Shown one piece after another: positions 50,568-60,741 of a stretch of DNA of 64,000 nt (the first letter of the stretch is position 1; the number at the start of each line of letters is the position of its first letter). The notes beneath the pieces were generated by a model. The model had not been told where the DNA came from. It made no database searches and saw nothing but the letters and a program-made list of their open reading frames with translations. The stretch is from a virus: positions 6,151 to 70,150 of IMG/VR virus record IMGVR_UViG_3300025655_000030. The stretch is one strand, 5' to 3'. The position numbers were made by a program, and so were the translations under genes.

Positions 50568-50780
50568 CTACTTAATCAACTTACTTTGAACAATAAGAGC
50601 TTTTAAAATAAAAGTCTCAATCTTATTATACCCATTTAAAACTGTTTGTCTATGTTTATTTAACTTTGTTTCACTATAACCTTTAAAGCTACGTTTATTA
50701 GTTAAGTTGTAGAACAAGTTATCCTCAGCTTGTAACTTTAAAACTGATTCTGTTAAAGGTACACCTTCATTATTTACCAT
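50568..50780 (-). CDS. hypothetical protein
   Basis: Coupled ORF. Confidence 0.45.
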   Translation of the reverse strand: MVNNEGVPLTESVLKLQAEDNLFYNLTNKRSFKGYSETKLNKHRQTVLNGYNKIETFILKALIVQSKLIK

Positions 50781-51390
50781 TTTTAATACTCTCCTTTAGT
50801 TTGTTGTGTTCAATTTGTAACTCTTTCATTTTAACCTCTATAGATTCTAATTGCAACTCTGTTTCTGACTTAGGTTGTTTAGGGAAGTTATGTAGGATGT
50901 ATTTACCTAATTCAGAATCTCGTCCTGTGTAAAATATGTCTTGTGTGTAATATTTCAACCCTTTAACACCTAAATCCTCCATCAAATCATCCAATTTAAT
51001 GAATAAATTATATGTACCATCTTTTCCTCTACGACATTTACTTAAATAAACTCTAATACAAGCTGCCTCATACAAACTCATCTCTACTGTAATTCTATCA
51101 TCAGGTTTTGCTACTTTACTCACATTTTCCTCCTTACGTTTATATTCTACCATTTTTCTTAAATCTGATAGTGTTACTTCTTTGTTTGGGTGGTTAAAAA
51201 ATGTGGTTTCTAATGACCCTACCCACCAATATATCATTCCATCTTCATAACAAGAATATGCTGGTGAAATTAAATTACAGTAACCCTCATCTCCCCAAGT
51301 ATAACCTAACTCAAATAATAAATCTTGAACTTCTTTTTTACCCTCCATATTCAAATTATGAACCCATATTTTCATGTTTTGTAATGCCAT
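50770..51390 (-). CDS. hypothetical protein
   Basis: VQ..LFELGY.W motif; AGGAG RBS. Confidence 0.55.
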   Translation of the reverse strand: MALQNMKIWVHNLNMEGKKEVQDLLFELGYTWGDEGYCNLISPAYSCYEDGMIYWWVGSLETTFFNHPNKEVTLSDLRKMVEYKRKEENVSKVAKPDDRITVEMSLYEAACIRVYLSKCRRGKDGTYNLFIKLDDLMEDLGVKGLKYYTQDIFYTGRDSELGKYILHNFPKQPKSETELQLESIEVKMKELQIEHNKLKESIKNGK

Positions 51391-51465
51391 AATTCACTCT
51401 CCTCTTTAATGTAATCTTTATCTTATATAACTATTCTAACAGTGTGTTATCAGAAGTGCAAGTGT

Positions 51466-54400
51466 TTATTTAATAATTAATTTATTAGCTTCATCAATGT
51501 AATACTGGTAGTTAATATTATCCTTGAAATTCTTAATATCGTTACATGGAACAATTCTATACCCAGTATTAATCCCTATACGTCTCTCCTCACACTTTTC
51601 CTCAACCTCTTTAATAAAAGTATAAGTCTTACCTCTTGATGTCTTAGGTAAGGTTTCATACTTCTTAACATCGGTAGGACTATATGCTTTATATTCAGCA
51701 CCATGTTGATCATGATAAATCTTCACCATTACACTTTCTTTAACAGGAGGCATTATCTTAACCAAACTACCACCTTCACTACTAATATAATATCTGCAAA
51801 TGTTCTGTAAAGGAATATCTTTACCATCTTCAACCATTACTAATCTACTACTTCTAGGAACCTTAGTTCTCAACATGAAATCCCAATGATTAGTATGGTT
51901 AGTAATAAAATCTTCAACATCTACACCCTCTAATAAGTACTTTTCAGCAGCCATTGGTATAATTAATGATGATTGATTCTGGTGATAACCTAAACCTTTA
52001 AATTGATAAGCTCCTTTACTTTTTAGTTTACCATTCATATCTTCACTAATGTAATTATTAACATCTCGAATAAACATAGATTTATAATTAACACCTTCTA
52101 ATTCAAGTTTAGTTAACTCTTGCCACCATTTACAAATCTCTTGGGTAGTGTCGTAATCTTTCCTTGCTACTTTAAATGTTAAACCATCTGTATTAATCTG
52201 AATCATTGACAAAGACTCAATTGCTAACAGTTTTTCAGCTAACATACATAACAATAACTGACCATTAATAGTGATAGCCATTGTATATTTAGAGTCATAA
52301 AAAGGACTATACTGATTATTACTATCACCATATACACCATTCAATGCTAACTTCATCATTGCATTTTCAGTAGTACCTTTAGCAAATGATTTACGCTGAT
52401 TATAAACATCCTCATATATATCACAAAATAATTCACCTAAATGTTCAGGGTAAACTCTATTCTTAATGGCTAAGTTGGGGTAGTAGCTTGCGCAGCTACT
52501 GCAAATATCTATTTCTTTCAAAATAGAATGGATCATATCTTAGGTCTTTTTGACCATCGGAATCCTCTATATGTTTTCTTATAACCAGAACAAGTAGAAT
52601 AAATAGATTGAATATGATATTCGGGATTTTCAGAAATTATATCTTCCATCGACTCCCAAATTCTTACACACTCTCCATCCTTTGTCATTTGGATGAAGTC
52701 ATATATCCTTTTAGCTTTAGATACCTTTTTAGCCATCTGAAGTTTTTTATCTTCATCTAACCACATTAAAGTACTAGCTTTAGATATTTTATCTTTCCAT
52801 TCTTGACCGTAAATACCATCATTGTGTTGATTAGATTTAATCTCACTCATTTCAGCTTTCATTTCTTCAGACCACTTACCGCCATAATTAGGATTATTTA
52901 ATCCATCTCTAGGTATGTTATAAACACCTTCTTCTGTGTTTTTATATAAAGAAATCCAGTAGCGCTCCCTTTCTAACAACTTGTCAGTAGAACACTCTTC
53001 TAAAACTATAAAATCTAAATCATCCAAACTTAACCCCAATTTATTACATTCGGAGTGTAAATATTTACTTGTTCTTAGTGAATTATACACCCTGTGTGGG
53101 TTTTTTAAGTATACTTTGTGTTCATATATTCTTTTTTCTATATTAGAAGACTGACCTATATACTTTTTACCATTCACTTTATTAATTATTACATATATTC
53201 CAATGGTCATAACAGACCCCCTTGCGCTTCGGATAATTGTTAACTGAAGTGTAATATTATCACTTTTAATCAACGTGTCAAGTTATTATCCTACTCTACT
53301 CACTTCCAACACCTCTATTACTAAAAATGTTGTGTTTTCGATGATCTCTGAACCTTACCCTAAACGGGTCTTGGCTGCTGATTGCCCAATCTTTGTAGTT
53401 TTCAAGCATTCACGCTCACCGTTTCCAGTCACGTTGTAGCCCACAAAGCTCTAAGGGTGTCCCAGCAATTCACAAGGCTTTAGGTTTTATCTAAATAAAA
53501 CCAAGGTACGCCGCAAAATTAACGTCCTCGTCATCAATGATATATTCTTCATCTGATTTAACAATTGAAGATTCTATACTACCATGAATACCCCCTGTAC
53601 CAAAATCATACTGAAAGCCATTAATTATAACATTTAAGTTATCCGCAACATTCCAATTAATCCAATAACTAATTTTACCTGTTTTTAATACCTCCTCACT
53701 TAACCAACATAAAGGTTTCTCCTTTTTATACTTCTCCATTTGTAGGTCAGTAGGTTTCTTAAATAGTTTTTGACGCTTTGTACGCATCTTACAATATTTA
53801 GCAACTTCCCCTAACTCACTCTCTAAAATATCACCAAATACACCTTTAGTTTCCCAAATAGTTTGTTTCTTTAACCATTCTAATATTGCATTAAATTCAG
53901 GTCTATCAAATTTTACATAATCAAATATACATTCTTTAAGTTTAATAGACTTACGAATAGTTTGTCTAGGTTTTCTATTCTCGTCAAAACAACAACCGCG
54001 ATTAGCTTCTTCCAACTTCATAATGAAATAGTCTTTACCAATTTTAGTGTCGTTATGATTAATAAAATTCTTATCATATTTAATAGATAGTTCTTCTCTA
54101 AACTCTATCTGTGCTTTAGATTGTTTATAAAATAAGTATGTTTGTAACATATCATGTTTATTGTATTTGATTAGAGTATCAATCTCGTCTGAGGTTAAAT
54201 ACTTCCCTACTGGGAAAGGTAAATCCTCAATATTATCAGACCTCATATTAAACTCTAACATTTTTAACGAAGTAGCTCTTGCCATATTATCAAAGTGATG
54301 AATCTTATACAAATCCATCTGGTTTATTAACCAATGCTTCTCCCAAATGATATGAGCAAATCTATCTTCACAATGAATAATTTCCATAGCTTTGTTATAA

Positions 54401-54648
54401 ATATCTTCAACTGTACATTTTTTATTTTTACTAAGGTAATGTAATACAGGATAGTCAAACCCTATACTATTAAACCCTACCATTCTACCATTAGTTTTAC
54501 GAATCATAGATAAATGCTTAAACAGTTCTTTCCTTTGGTCTTTCCTAAAAGAGATTTCAAAGGTCTTAGATTTCTTTGTTTCAGCATTACCTATTACTAT
54601 AGTAAAACAGTTTGGGTATGTTTCGATGTCATATATATAATCTGTCAC
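51466..54648 (-). CDS. family B DNA polymerase in two exons (54648-53522, 52492-51466; ~717 aa spliced)
   Basis: Exo motifs YDIET, GFN...FD, YNKHD; joined DEDV|ASYYPN (motif A); KLALNGVYG; QINTDG. Confidence 0.9.
52493..53521 (-). mobile_element. group I intron in DNA polymerase, carrying a GIY-YIG ORF in P8
   Basis: Exon end ACGU pairs IGS GCGU; P10 UUGCG/CGCAA; AATTGCTGGG; AATCAGCAGC; P7 GAUCAU/AUGAUC; terminal G restores frame. Confidence 0.9.
52533..53210 (-). CDS. intron-encoded GIY-YIG homing endonuclease (NUMOD3/NUMOD1-like tails)
   Basis: GIYVI.N..NGKKYIGQS..R..E..YN; NPNYG..SEEMK; C-terminal C.G..KTY.GF.W; likely ATG 53210. Confidence 0.9.
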   Translation of the reverse strand: MTIGIYVIINKVNGKKYIGQSSNIEKRIYEHKVYLKNPHRVYNSLRTSKYLHSECNKLGLSLDDLDFIVLEECSTDKLLERERYWISLYKNTEEGVYNIPRDGLNNPNYGGKWSEEMKAEMSEIKSNQHNDGIYGQEWKDKISKASTLMWLDEDKKLQMAKKVSKAKRIYDFIQMTKDGECVRIWESMEDIISENPEYHIQSIYSTCSGYKKTYRGFRWSKRPKI

Positions 54649-56594
54649 TCATCTCCTCCAAAATCTTCTTCATACACTATACCATCATCAGTTTTCATTT
54701 CAACAGGTGTTTCCTCAATTGTTCTGGGTGATTTGTTAGGTGTACCTTTTTCCATATAATCATCTAAATCATAACATTCCCTACTGTTGAAATCATAATA
54801 CCATGTACCAGCTTCACCCGTAATCCCTCCCCTACATTTAGGTAATCTTACTCTAGTTGAATTCCTGACAGTATTATCATTTGATTCTTTATCCCTCTCT
54901 AGTAATATATTGTAAGCAGCGCTCCTTACTAAGTCGCCAGTACCAGCGGCATCATATTCATTTATAGGTGCTAACTTACCATCCTTACTTGGTGGCTGTT
55001 TTCTGGTGTGCAATATGTTAATAATACGATTACCATTTTTAATAAACATCTTCTGCCACTTCATATGTCTTTGTTGAGTGTCTAAATCTGTCCCAGCTAA
55101 AGCATCCGATAGTACGTCAATCACAAATATCTTAGAACCATATTTCTTGTTAATCTTCTCTAAGGTTTTCTCCATCTTGTGAATGTCCCCATCCCTTTCG
55201 TCCACTAAGTAAAATCTAGGTTCTCCCATCTCATTAAACCAAAGTTGGTTACACTTTTCCATAATATAGGGTTTTTGTAGGTACTCTAATCTGTCATTAT
55301 CACTCATCCATCTAAGGTTCTTTTCAAGATGTATTGACAATAAATCAACACCCCACTGACCTTCTGTAGCTTCTAATGAAACTATGGTAGGAGGACTAGG
55401 TGCATGGAATATCCAATGGTACACATCATTATTCACATGACTTGTTTTACCTGTCGAAGTTGCTGCTATAATATTAGTAATTGTACAATCTAATATACCT
55501 CCACCCATCATCGCCTGCATTTTGTGTTGATAAGGTGGTAATGTAAGTCTCTCAGTACCTAACTCATCTAAGATAGCATTCATGGTAGTGGAACTAGACT
55601 TAACTCCATCATCAACTACTGGTTTAGCGTTGAAAAAATCCCTACAGAATTGGTTTTCCTTACCATCTAACAACATCTTATTAGGGTCTTTACTCGACCA
55701 TAATGCTATCTTTACTTTATCTTTAGGTAAAACTTCTAACGCTTTTAAAGTAGCTTCTTTACCTGCATCATCGTTATCAAAACCCAATATGATATTATCA
55801 AAACCATCTAACCAATCATACTGTGCAGCTATTTGCTTATAAGCGCTCCCTTCACCAGTTGTGGGACTCACTACAGGTATAGGTAAATATTCATCACCAT
55901 AACGCTTCTGTTGATTCTCTAACAACATCTGAAATGCTGCTAAAGTATCCTCCTGACCCCCAACTAACAACACATACTTACCAGTAACTTTACGAAAGAA
56001 GTATTGACCAAATAGCTCTGATTTAGAGCCTGTTCTACCTACTCTTCCATAACGGAAGTCTTTAGGGTGATTTCTACAAGCGAAACCTGTAACCTTGTAA
56101 TCCTCAGTCTCAGGATAATACCTAGCTACAACGTTACCCTTCTTGTCTAACTTAGTTAGTGTACCAAAGAATCTACACGTCTCTCTGCTAATACCTCTAT
56201 AATTGTTACAATCATAACCTACTTCCTTAATCATAGATTTAACTTGTTCTTTAGTTAACGCCACAGACTTAGGTTTATAAGTTTTCTCTTTCTTATTCAC
56301 TACGCCAGTTTCAGCAATACCTAATATATCCGCTAATTCTTGTTTAAGAGGAGTAGAGTCATCGAATGTATGTACCTCACTTTTAGAGAATGGTTGACAA
56401 CATGATCTACAGTAAGCGTCATAGAATAGATTACCTTCACTATCCTCTTTCTCATAACAACTTAGAGCATCGCTACTACTGCAAGGGTCTTTACCTTCAA
56501 CTTCATTTGCTATACAGTGGTAATTCCCTACGAATACCCCACTTTCAAGTTCCTCTTTGAATTCTTTCTTAACTTTAGCCATACATACCACCAA
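54645..56594 (-). CDS. DNA primase-helicase (T7 gp4-like)
   Basis: Zinc finger; TOPRIM FDNDDAG and KDPN; Walker A AATSTGKT; SLE; K.R..G.TG. Confidence 0.9.
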   Translation of the reverse strand: MVVCMAKVKKEFKEELESGVFVGNYHCIANEVEGKDPCSSSDALSCYEKEDSEGNLFYDAYCRSCCQPFSKSEVHTFDDSTPLKQELADILGIAETGVVNKKEKTYKPKSVALTKEQVKSMIKEVGYDCNNYRGISRETCRFFGTLTKLDKKGNVVARYYPETEDYKVTGFACRNHPKDFRYGRVGRTGSKSELFGQYFFRKVTGKYVLLVGGQEDTLAAFQMLLENQQKRYGDEYLPIPVVSPTTGEGSAYKQIAAQYDWLDGFDNIILGFDNDDAGKEATLKALEVLPKDKVKIALWSSKDPNKMLLDGKENQFCRDFFNAKPVVDDGVKSSSTTMNAILDELGTERLTLPPYQHKMQAMMGGGILDCTITNIIAATSTGKTSHVNNDVYHWIFHAPSPPTIVSLEATEGQWGVDLLSIHLEKNLRWMSDNDRLEYLQKPYIMEKCNQLWFNEMGEPRFYLVDERDGDIHKMEKTLEKINKKYGSKIFVIDVLSDALAGTDLDTQQRHMKWQKMFIKNGNRIINILHTRKQPPSKDGKLAPINEYDAAGTGDLVRSAAYNILLERDKESNDNTVRNSTRVRLPKCRGGITGEAGTWYYDFNSRECYDLDDYMEKGTPNKSPRTIEETPVEMKTDDGIVYEEDFGGDE

Positions 56595-56805
56595 CTCCTA
56601 ATAAGTAACAACATAAGTATAACACCCATGAAAATATACAGAACCAAAATGATAGACCTACAATAAGAAATTTAAATTTATGTTTATTGTGGTTATTGTA
56701 ATCCTCAGCAGGGTCTTTAAACATAATTACCATCAACAGAGGTAATATCACTAATAGCACAGTAACCATTACATTTAATAGAAACCAATCACTCATCACT
56801 ATCAT
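56575..56805 (-). CDS. small membrane protein
   Basis: Two hydrophobic segments. Confidence 0.45.
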   Translation of the reverse strand: MIVMSDWFLLNVMVTVLLVILPLLMVIMFKDPAEDYNNHNKHKFKFLIVGLSFWFCIFSWVLYLCCYLLGVGGMYG

Positions 56806-56974
56806 TCCAGAATAAATCTAATTGCCTAACCTCAATTTCTTCTAACTGTTCATGTAAACATTCTAACTCTGCCTTAACACACTTATTTTCTGAGGATAAG
56901 TGTTTACGATAATTATTTAAGTACTCTATTCTATTTTTTATATTCTGTTCTTGTTCATCTATGCTAATCATCAC
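56789..56974 (-). CDS. small coiled-coil protein
   Basis: GGAGG RBS. Confidence 0.45.
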   Translation of the reverse strand: MMISIDEQEQNIKNRIEYLNNYRKHLSSENKCVKAELECLHEQLEEIEVRQLDLFWNDSDE

Positions 56975-57264
56975 AATACACCTCCTTCAAACTATCATTA
57001 TGAATTTCTTCTATTAAAGATACGTATTCCTCAATCAAACCTTCAAGTTGTTGTGTTTTGAGTTCTATAAGTCTGTACAAAACTTCTGCTCTATCTTGCT
57101 TACTCATAAATAATTACCTAACAGTTGTAAATCCTCTTTAGATAAGTACATTTCAGATAGTTCATTTAACTGGATATAACTAATCCAGCTATACGTTTCA
57201 ATATCCCCAGTATCATTTTCATAGTCCAGAATAGCATGGAATACATCTCTGTAGTAGTATTTTA

Positions 57265-57693
57265 TTAACATAACTCCTCCTCATCATATACATTACAATT
57301 GTTTTCTGTTCGGTAAGTTAACTCATCCTCAAACATATTAACCATATGATCTGGTATATGAGTTTGTGTATTAATAATAGCTTGAATATGTTCATTTGTC
57401 ATGTCTTTTAGTAAAACTCTTTTAAAAGGTTCATCACCATTCTTACCATAAGTTCCCCAACTAAACACGTTACGTATTTTAACGTGTAAATCCTCATAAA
57501 AAACATCTAGGCAAGTGGGTCTAACGATGTTAACACTTCTACGAATATAGTCATTACCACCATCTGTGAAGTAAGTTTCACCTGTTATTGTGTCAACATG
57601 CTCTTTGTAATCCCATCTACTCCCACTATGTAGGGTGGTTCCATCTGGTGTAACTATACAGTTTCTAAGAATGTTTCTGTCAATATTTATCAT
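57265..57693 (-). CDS. conserved phage hypothetical protein
   Basis: TPDGT.L.S..DY..DGG.DYIRR..WGTYGKNGD. Confidence 0.65.
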   Translation of the reverse strand: MINIDRNILRNCIVTPDGTTLHSGSRWDYKEHVDTITGETYFTDGGNDYIRRSVNIVRPTCLDVFYEDLHVKIRNVFSWGTYGKNGDEPFKRVLLKDMTNEHIQAIINTQTHIPDHMVNMFEDELTYRTENNCNVYDEEELC

Positions 57694-57808
57694 TTTATAT
57701 TAAACCTCTTTGATATGTAATTTAAAATCCTGATTAACCCTAAAATCCCTATTACTATGACTAATAGTGATAGTAATACAAACCCTACATGTAAATCCAT
57801 AAGCTATC

Positions 57809-58018
57809 CTACCACAACAAATGTTTAAATAAAACCACTAATCCACAAATAATACCTATTACACTCATACTAATGAAAAAGTATAATAATACTGCACCCA
57901 ATCTTTTATAAGTACTCATATCAATAAATTTGTCACTCCACAGACCAAGTTCACTTACAATCATTATACTCATAATAACCAACAAAATAAAAATGTATAT
58001 AGTGTTTTCTAGTGTCAT
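57809..58018 (-). CDS. small membrane protein
   Basis: Two TM helices. Confidence 0.5.
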   Translation of the reverse strand: MTLENTIYIFILLVIMSIMIVSELGLWSDKFIDMSTYKRLGAVLLYFFISMSVIGIICGLVVLFKHLLW

Positions 58019-58024
58019 TACAAC

Positions 58025-58102
58025 CCCCTGTATCGCTTTCTGTTGAATTATAATCTAAAGTAATACCCTAGCCTACCTTAATGGTAGATAATTGATTCTA
58101 GG
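58025..58102. repeat. 78-bp dispersed element, copy 2 (degenerate)
   Basis: CCTGTATCGCTT...AATTGATTCTAGG. Confidence 0.4.
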
Positions 58103-58129
58103 GTATGTACAATTAGTTTAATGGATACC

Positions 58130-58642
58130 CTACTCTACTTCAAACCAGATTTTGTAAGCTTCTACAATTTCATGTGTACGTAAGGCTAATGCAATAGTCT
58201 TTCTATTTGAATAGAATCCTTTTTCTGAGTATTGCCAAGTTAACCGATTGTCCACATGAAATTGTTTATCACTATGATTGTAACAGGCACTATGTCTTTG
58301 TAAATCTCCTAACCAATCTCCCTCCCAATCTCCCTCATTCTCTCTTAGAAATTTAAATATCTTAGTACGAGCTTTCATACGATTAGATTCTTTCTCAGCT
58401 AATTCCTGTGTAGGGAATACTTGTTGATAGTTTAATATGTTTTCATCTATACTAAGACCATCATATGTATCATCAAACACTTCACCATCACGATAAGAAC
58501 ACCAGTACTGCTGACTAACTTCAGGAACATACCATTTACTACTCTTTTTAACCTCAACCTTATTACTCTTTTCAATAAGTGATGTTAACATTTCACGTTC
58601 TGAAGTGGTTAGATTGTTTAAGTTTACATTTAAAGTGTTCAT
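58130..58642 (-). CDS. hypothetical protein
   Basis: AAGGAG RBS before MNTLNV (ORF open from 58705). Confidence 0.55.
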   Translation of the reverse strand: MNTLNVNLNNLTTSEREMLTSLIEKSNKVEVKKSSKWYVPEVSQQYWCSYRDGEVFDDTYDGLSIDENILNYQQVFPTQELAEKESNRMKARTKIFKFLRENEGDWEGDWLGDLQRHSACYNHSDKQFHVDNRLTWQYSEKGFYSNRKTIALALRTHEIVEAYKIWFEVE

Positions 58643-58643
58643 T

Positions 58644-59240
58644 TTATTCAACTCCTTTGTTGATAGGTTTAATTTTAGATAACGCATCTGATAATTCATC
58701 TTCATAATACTCTACATCACCTACCTTTACAACCTTTCTTTCCTCTCTTTTCCATAATAATTTGTGAGTAGGGTGTTTAGATGGATCTCCGCTAGTGCAT
58801 TTTAAGAAATCTATATTACTATGCGCTTGCCAAACTTCCATTATGTCAAAGTCTCTGCTATACCTATCTGTCAAATTCTCGTCAAAACTATTTAACATAC
58901 CCCATGTTTCACCAGAGTAAGTATCTCCATTAGCAGTTCCTTTGGGTACTACGCCACTCTCACCATTTCTCCCAACAATAACCATTCCTGTTTTCAAATC
59001 TGATTTAGTAAAGCTCATTTTAGTCTCCTCTTTAAGTTTAAAGTATTGTAGTTCATCCTCGCGAATGGTCATTAAATCACTGGTAAGTCCTATATTAGCC
59101 TCAACCATAGTTATTGTGAAACCATCCTTATAGTAACATTCTACATATTCCTCATAAGGAGCGAATCTCTTCATAAACTTATCTTTCGCTGCTTTATCAA
59201 CAAACACATAAATCTTACCTTCCTCTAATTTATCTAACAT
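58644..59240 (-). CDS. hypothetical protein (two-module)
   Basis: FTKSDLKTGM..DIMEV..LLWKREE module in the C-terminal half. Confidence 0.6.
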   Translation of the reverse strand: MLDKLEEGKIYVFVDKAAKDKFMKRFAPYEEYVECYYKDGFTITMVEANIGLTSDLMTIREDELQYFKLKEETKMSFTKSDLKTGMVIVGRNGESGVVPKGTANGDTYSGETWGMLNSFDENLTDRYSRDFDIMEVWQAHSNIDFLKCTSGDPSKHPTHKLLWKREERKVVKVGDVEYYEDELSDALSKIKPINKGVE

Positions 59241-59270
59241 TATATTCCCCTCTTGTTACCTAGTACCTCT

Positions 59271-59404
59271 ACTTTAACTCACCTAAACCACTATGTCAAA
59301 TATTTTATTCAAATAAATTTATCTCTACAAAAAGTACCTATTTAAGAAGTTATTTGTCCAGTTAGTGAAATAGTTCTTGACAGATTTTATATTTATGTTA
59401 AACT
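59271..59404. promoter_or_regulatory. divergent sigma70-like promoters
   Basis: - strand TTGACA-N17-TAAAGT (~59271-59299); + strand TTGACA(59377)-N16-TAAACT with extended TGn. Confidence 0.7.
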
Positions 59405-59409
59405 ATAAG

Positions 59410-59890
59410 TAAGGGTAGAGATATTATCTACTTGAAATTGTATGTTTGCGTAAAATCTTTCCATACAAGCCTAGCAATAGGTAATGCCACTAGAAAGCGT
59501 AAGTGGATAGCATCAGGGTGGATAGTACAAGTTACTATAGCTAAGAGATGCGATAGCCTGACAGGGTGTTAGCTCTGTTGAAAAGTTCTTAGCTTCTATG
59601 ATACTAACAATAATCATAGTACGTAAGCATTCTCCTAATGCAGAATGTGGAAACCTCAGTAGATACCTCAAGAAGATATATTTACTAGGAACATCATCTA
59701 TCGTCCTGTCGTAAAAGCATTGCGCTTTCCTACTTTTTTTTGAGTAGGTTGACAGTAGGATAGTTGTGTTCCTAGTAAAGTTTCCTAAGAAGATATATTA
59801 AAAGAATATTAGTAGATTTACTCTTAGTAGATATACTTCTAATAGAGTACTTTTAAAAGAGTACTCTAAGGGATATAATCATCCCTTAAG
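59410..59890 (+). ncRNA. candidate large structured non-coding RNA
   Basis: No ORF in the track; own promoter; more than 10 helices; three long-range pairings; terminal hairpins. Confidence 0.6.
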
Positions 59891-59908
59891 GTACATTTAA
59901 TAATTAAT

Positions 59909-60157
59909 TTAGTTATTATACTTATCTAACCAACTAAACAGTAATTCAAATGGTTTTACTACAGTGTAAATAAATAATTTACCTAGTACATTAAGTGGTA
60001 TGAATATAAACCACAATAAACATATTAACTTTATCTCAGTTTCTTCCCAGTAATATAAATCAAAACTCCTGATTATAAAATTCTTACCTATAGTGTAAAA
60101 GAAACACACTCCCACAAACCACACAATAACACTCACAATAATATAAATATTCATCAA
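59909..60157 (-). CDS. small membrane protein
   Basis: Hydrophobic ORF; GAGGAG RBS. Confidence 0.5.
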   Translation of the reverse strand: MMNIYIIVSVIVWFVGVCFFYTIGKNFIIRSFDLYYWEETEIKLICLLWFIFIPLNVLGKLFIYTVVKPFELLFSWLDKYNN

Positions 60158-60351
60158 TTCTGCTCCTCACAATACCTTTCATAGTCCTCAATAGCTTGTT
60201 TATAGTAACGAGTACCCCCTCTAAAACTCACTATAACCTCAATAATCCTTTCTAACCTTTTAACAGTTAATTCTGTCATTTGTAACTCAAAGAACTTATC
60301 TTCGTCAGATAGGCTATTAAAGTCTTGTTTCTTAGTTAATACTTGTTTCAT
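60154..60351 (-). CDS. hypothetical protein
   Basis: ATGA-coupled ORF. Confidence 0.5.
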   Translation of the reverse strand: MKQVLTKKQDFNSLSDEDKFFELQMTELTVKRLERIIEVIVSFRGGTRYYKQAIEDYERYCEEQN

Positions 60352-60584
60352 TTCAATACCCCCACATCATTAGTTGTTTCTACCCAGACCCTAGCACCAC
60401 AAGATAGAGGTTTATCAGGACTATATAACACTCTACAAGCCTCTACACCATCTTTATCATACACCACCACTGTATTACCATACTCATTACTTTTATACGT
60501 CTTACAAGTGATTACAGGAAGCTTATCCTCACTTTTAATATTATGACGTATATTATGTTGATTTACATGTATATACTTCTTCAT
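60348..60584 (-). CDS. conserved phage hypothetical protein
   Basis: IHVNQHNIR.N..PVITCK..YSPDKPLSCGARVWVET. Confidence 0.7.
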   Translation of the reverse strand: MKKYIHVNQHNIRHNIKSEDKLPVITCKTYKSNEYGNTVVVYDKDGVEACRVLYSPDKPLSCGARVWVETTNDVGVLK

Positions 60585-60612
60585 GTCCCCTCCTATTTAT
60601 TAATCCTCAAAC

Positions 60613-60704
60613 ATAATACTTCTACTATTCCCTATTGTCAATCTCATTTAAAATTAATTTATTTTAAAATAATTCCTTGACAGGGATTTCATTTCGTATA
60701 TAAT
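60613..60704. promoter_or_regulatory. divergent sigma70-like promoters at the strand switch
   Basis: - strand TTGACA-N17-TATTAT; + strand TTGACA-N16-TATAAT; AT-rich sequence between. Confidence 0.8.
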
Positions 60705-60741
60705 TCACCTCATACAAACAAAACAACTGAGGATTAACATC

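Noticed and set aside
51466-54648. Naturally split two-subunit polymerase or intein
   Set aside because: The intervening sequence has group I P1/P7/P10 elements and stop codons, so RNA splicing explains it better.
59410-59890. tRNA cluster, CRISPR array or group I intron in the large gap
   Set aside because: No cloverleaf or T-loop GTTCRA in a tRNA context, no repeat-spacer periodicity, no group I P4/P7 motifs and no interrupted gene.
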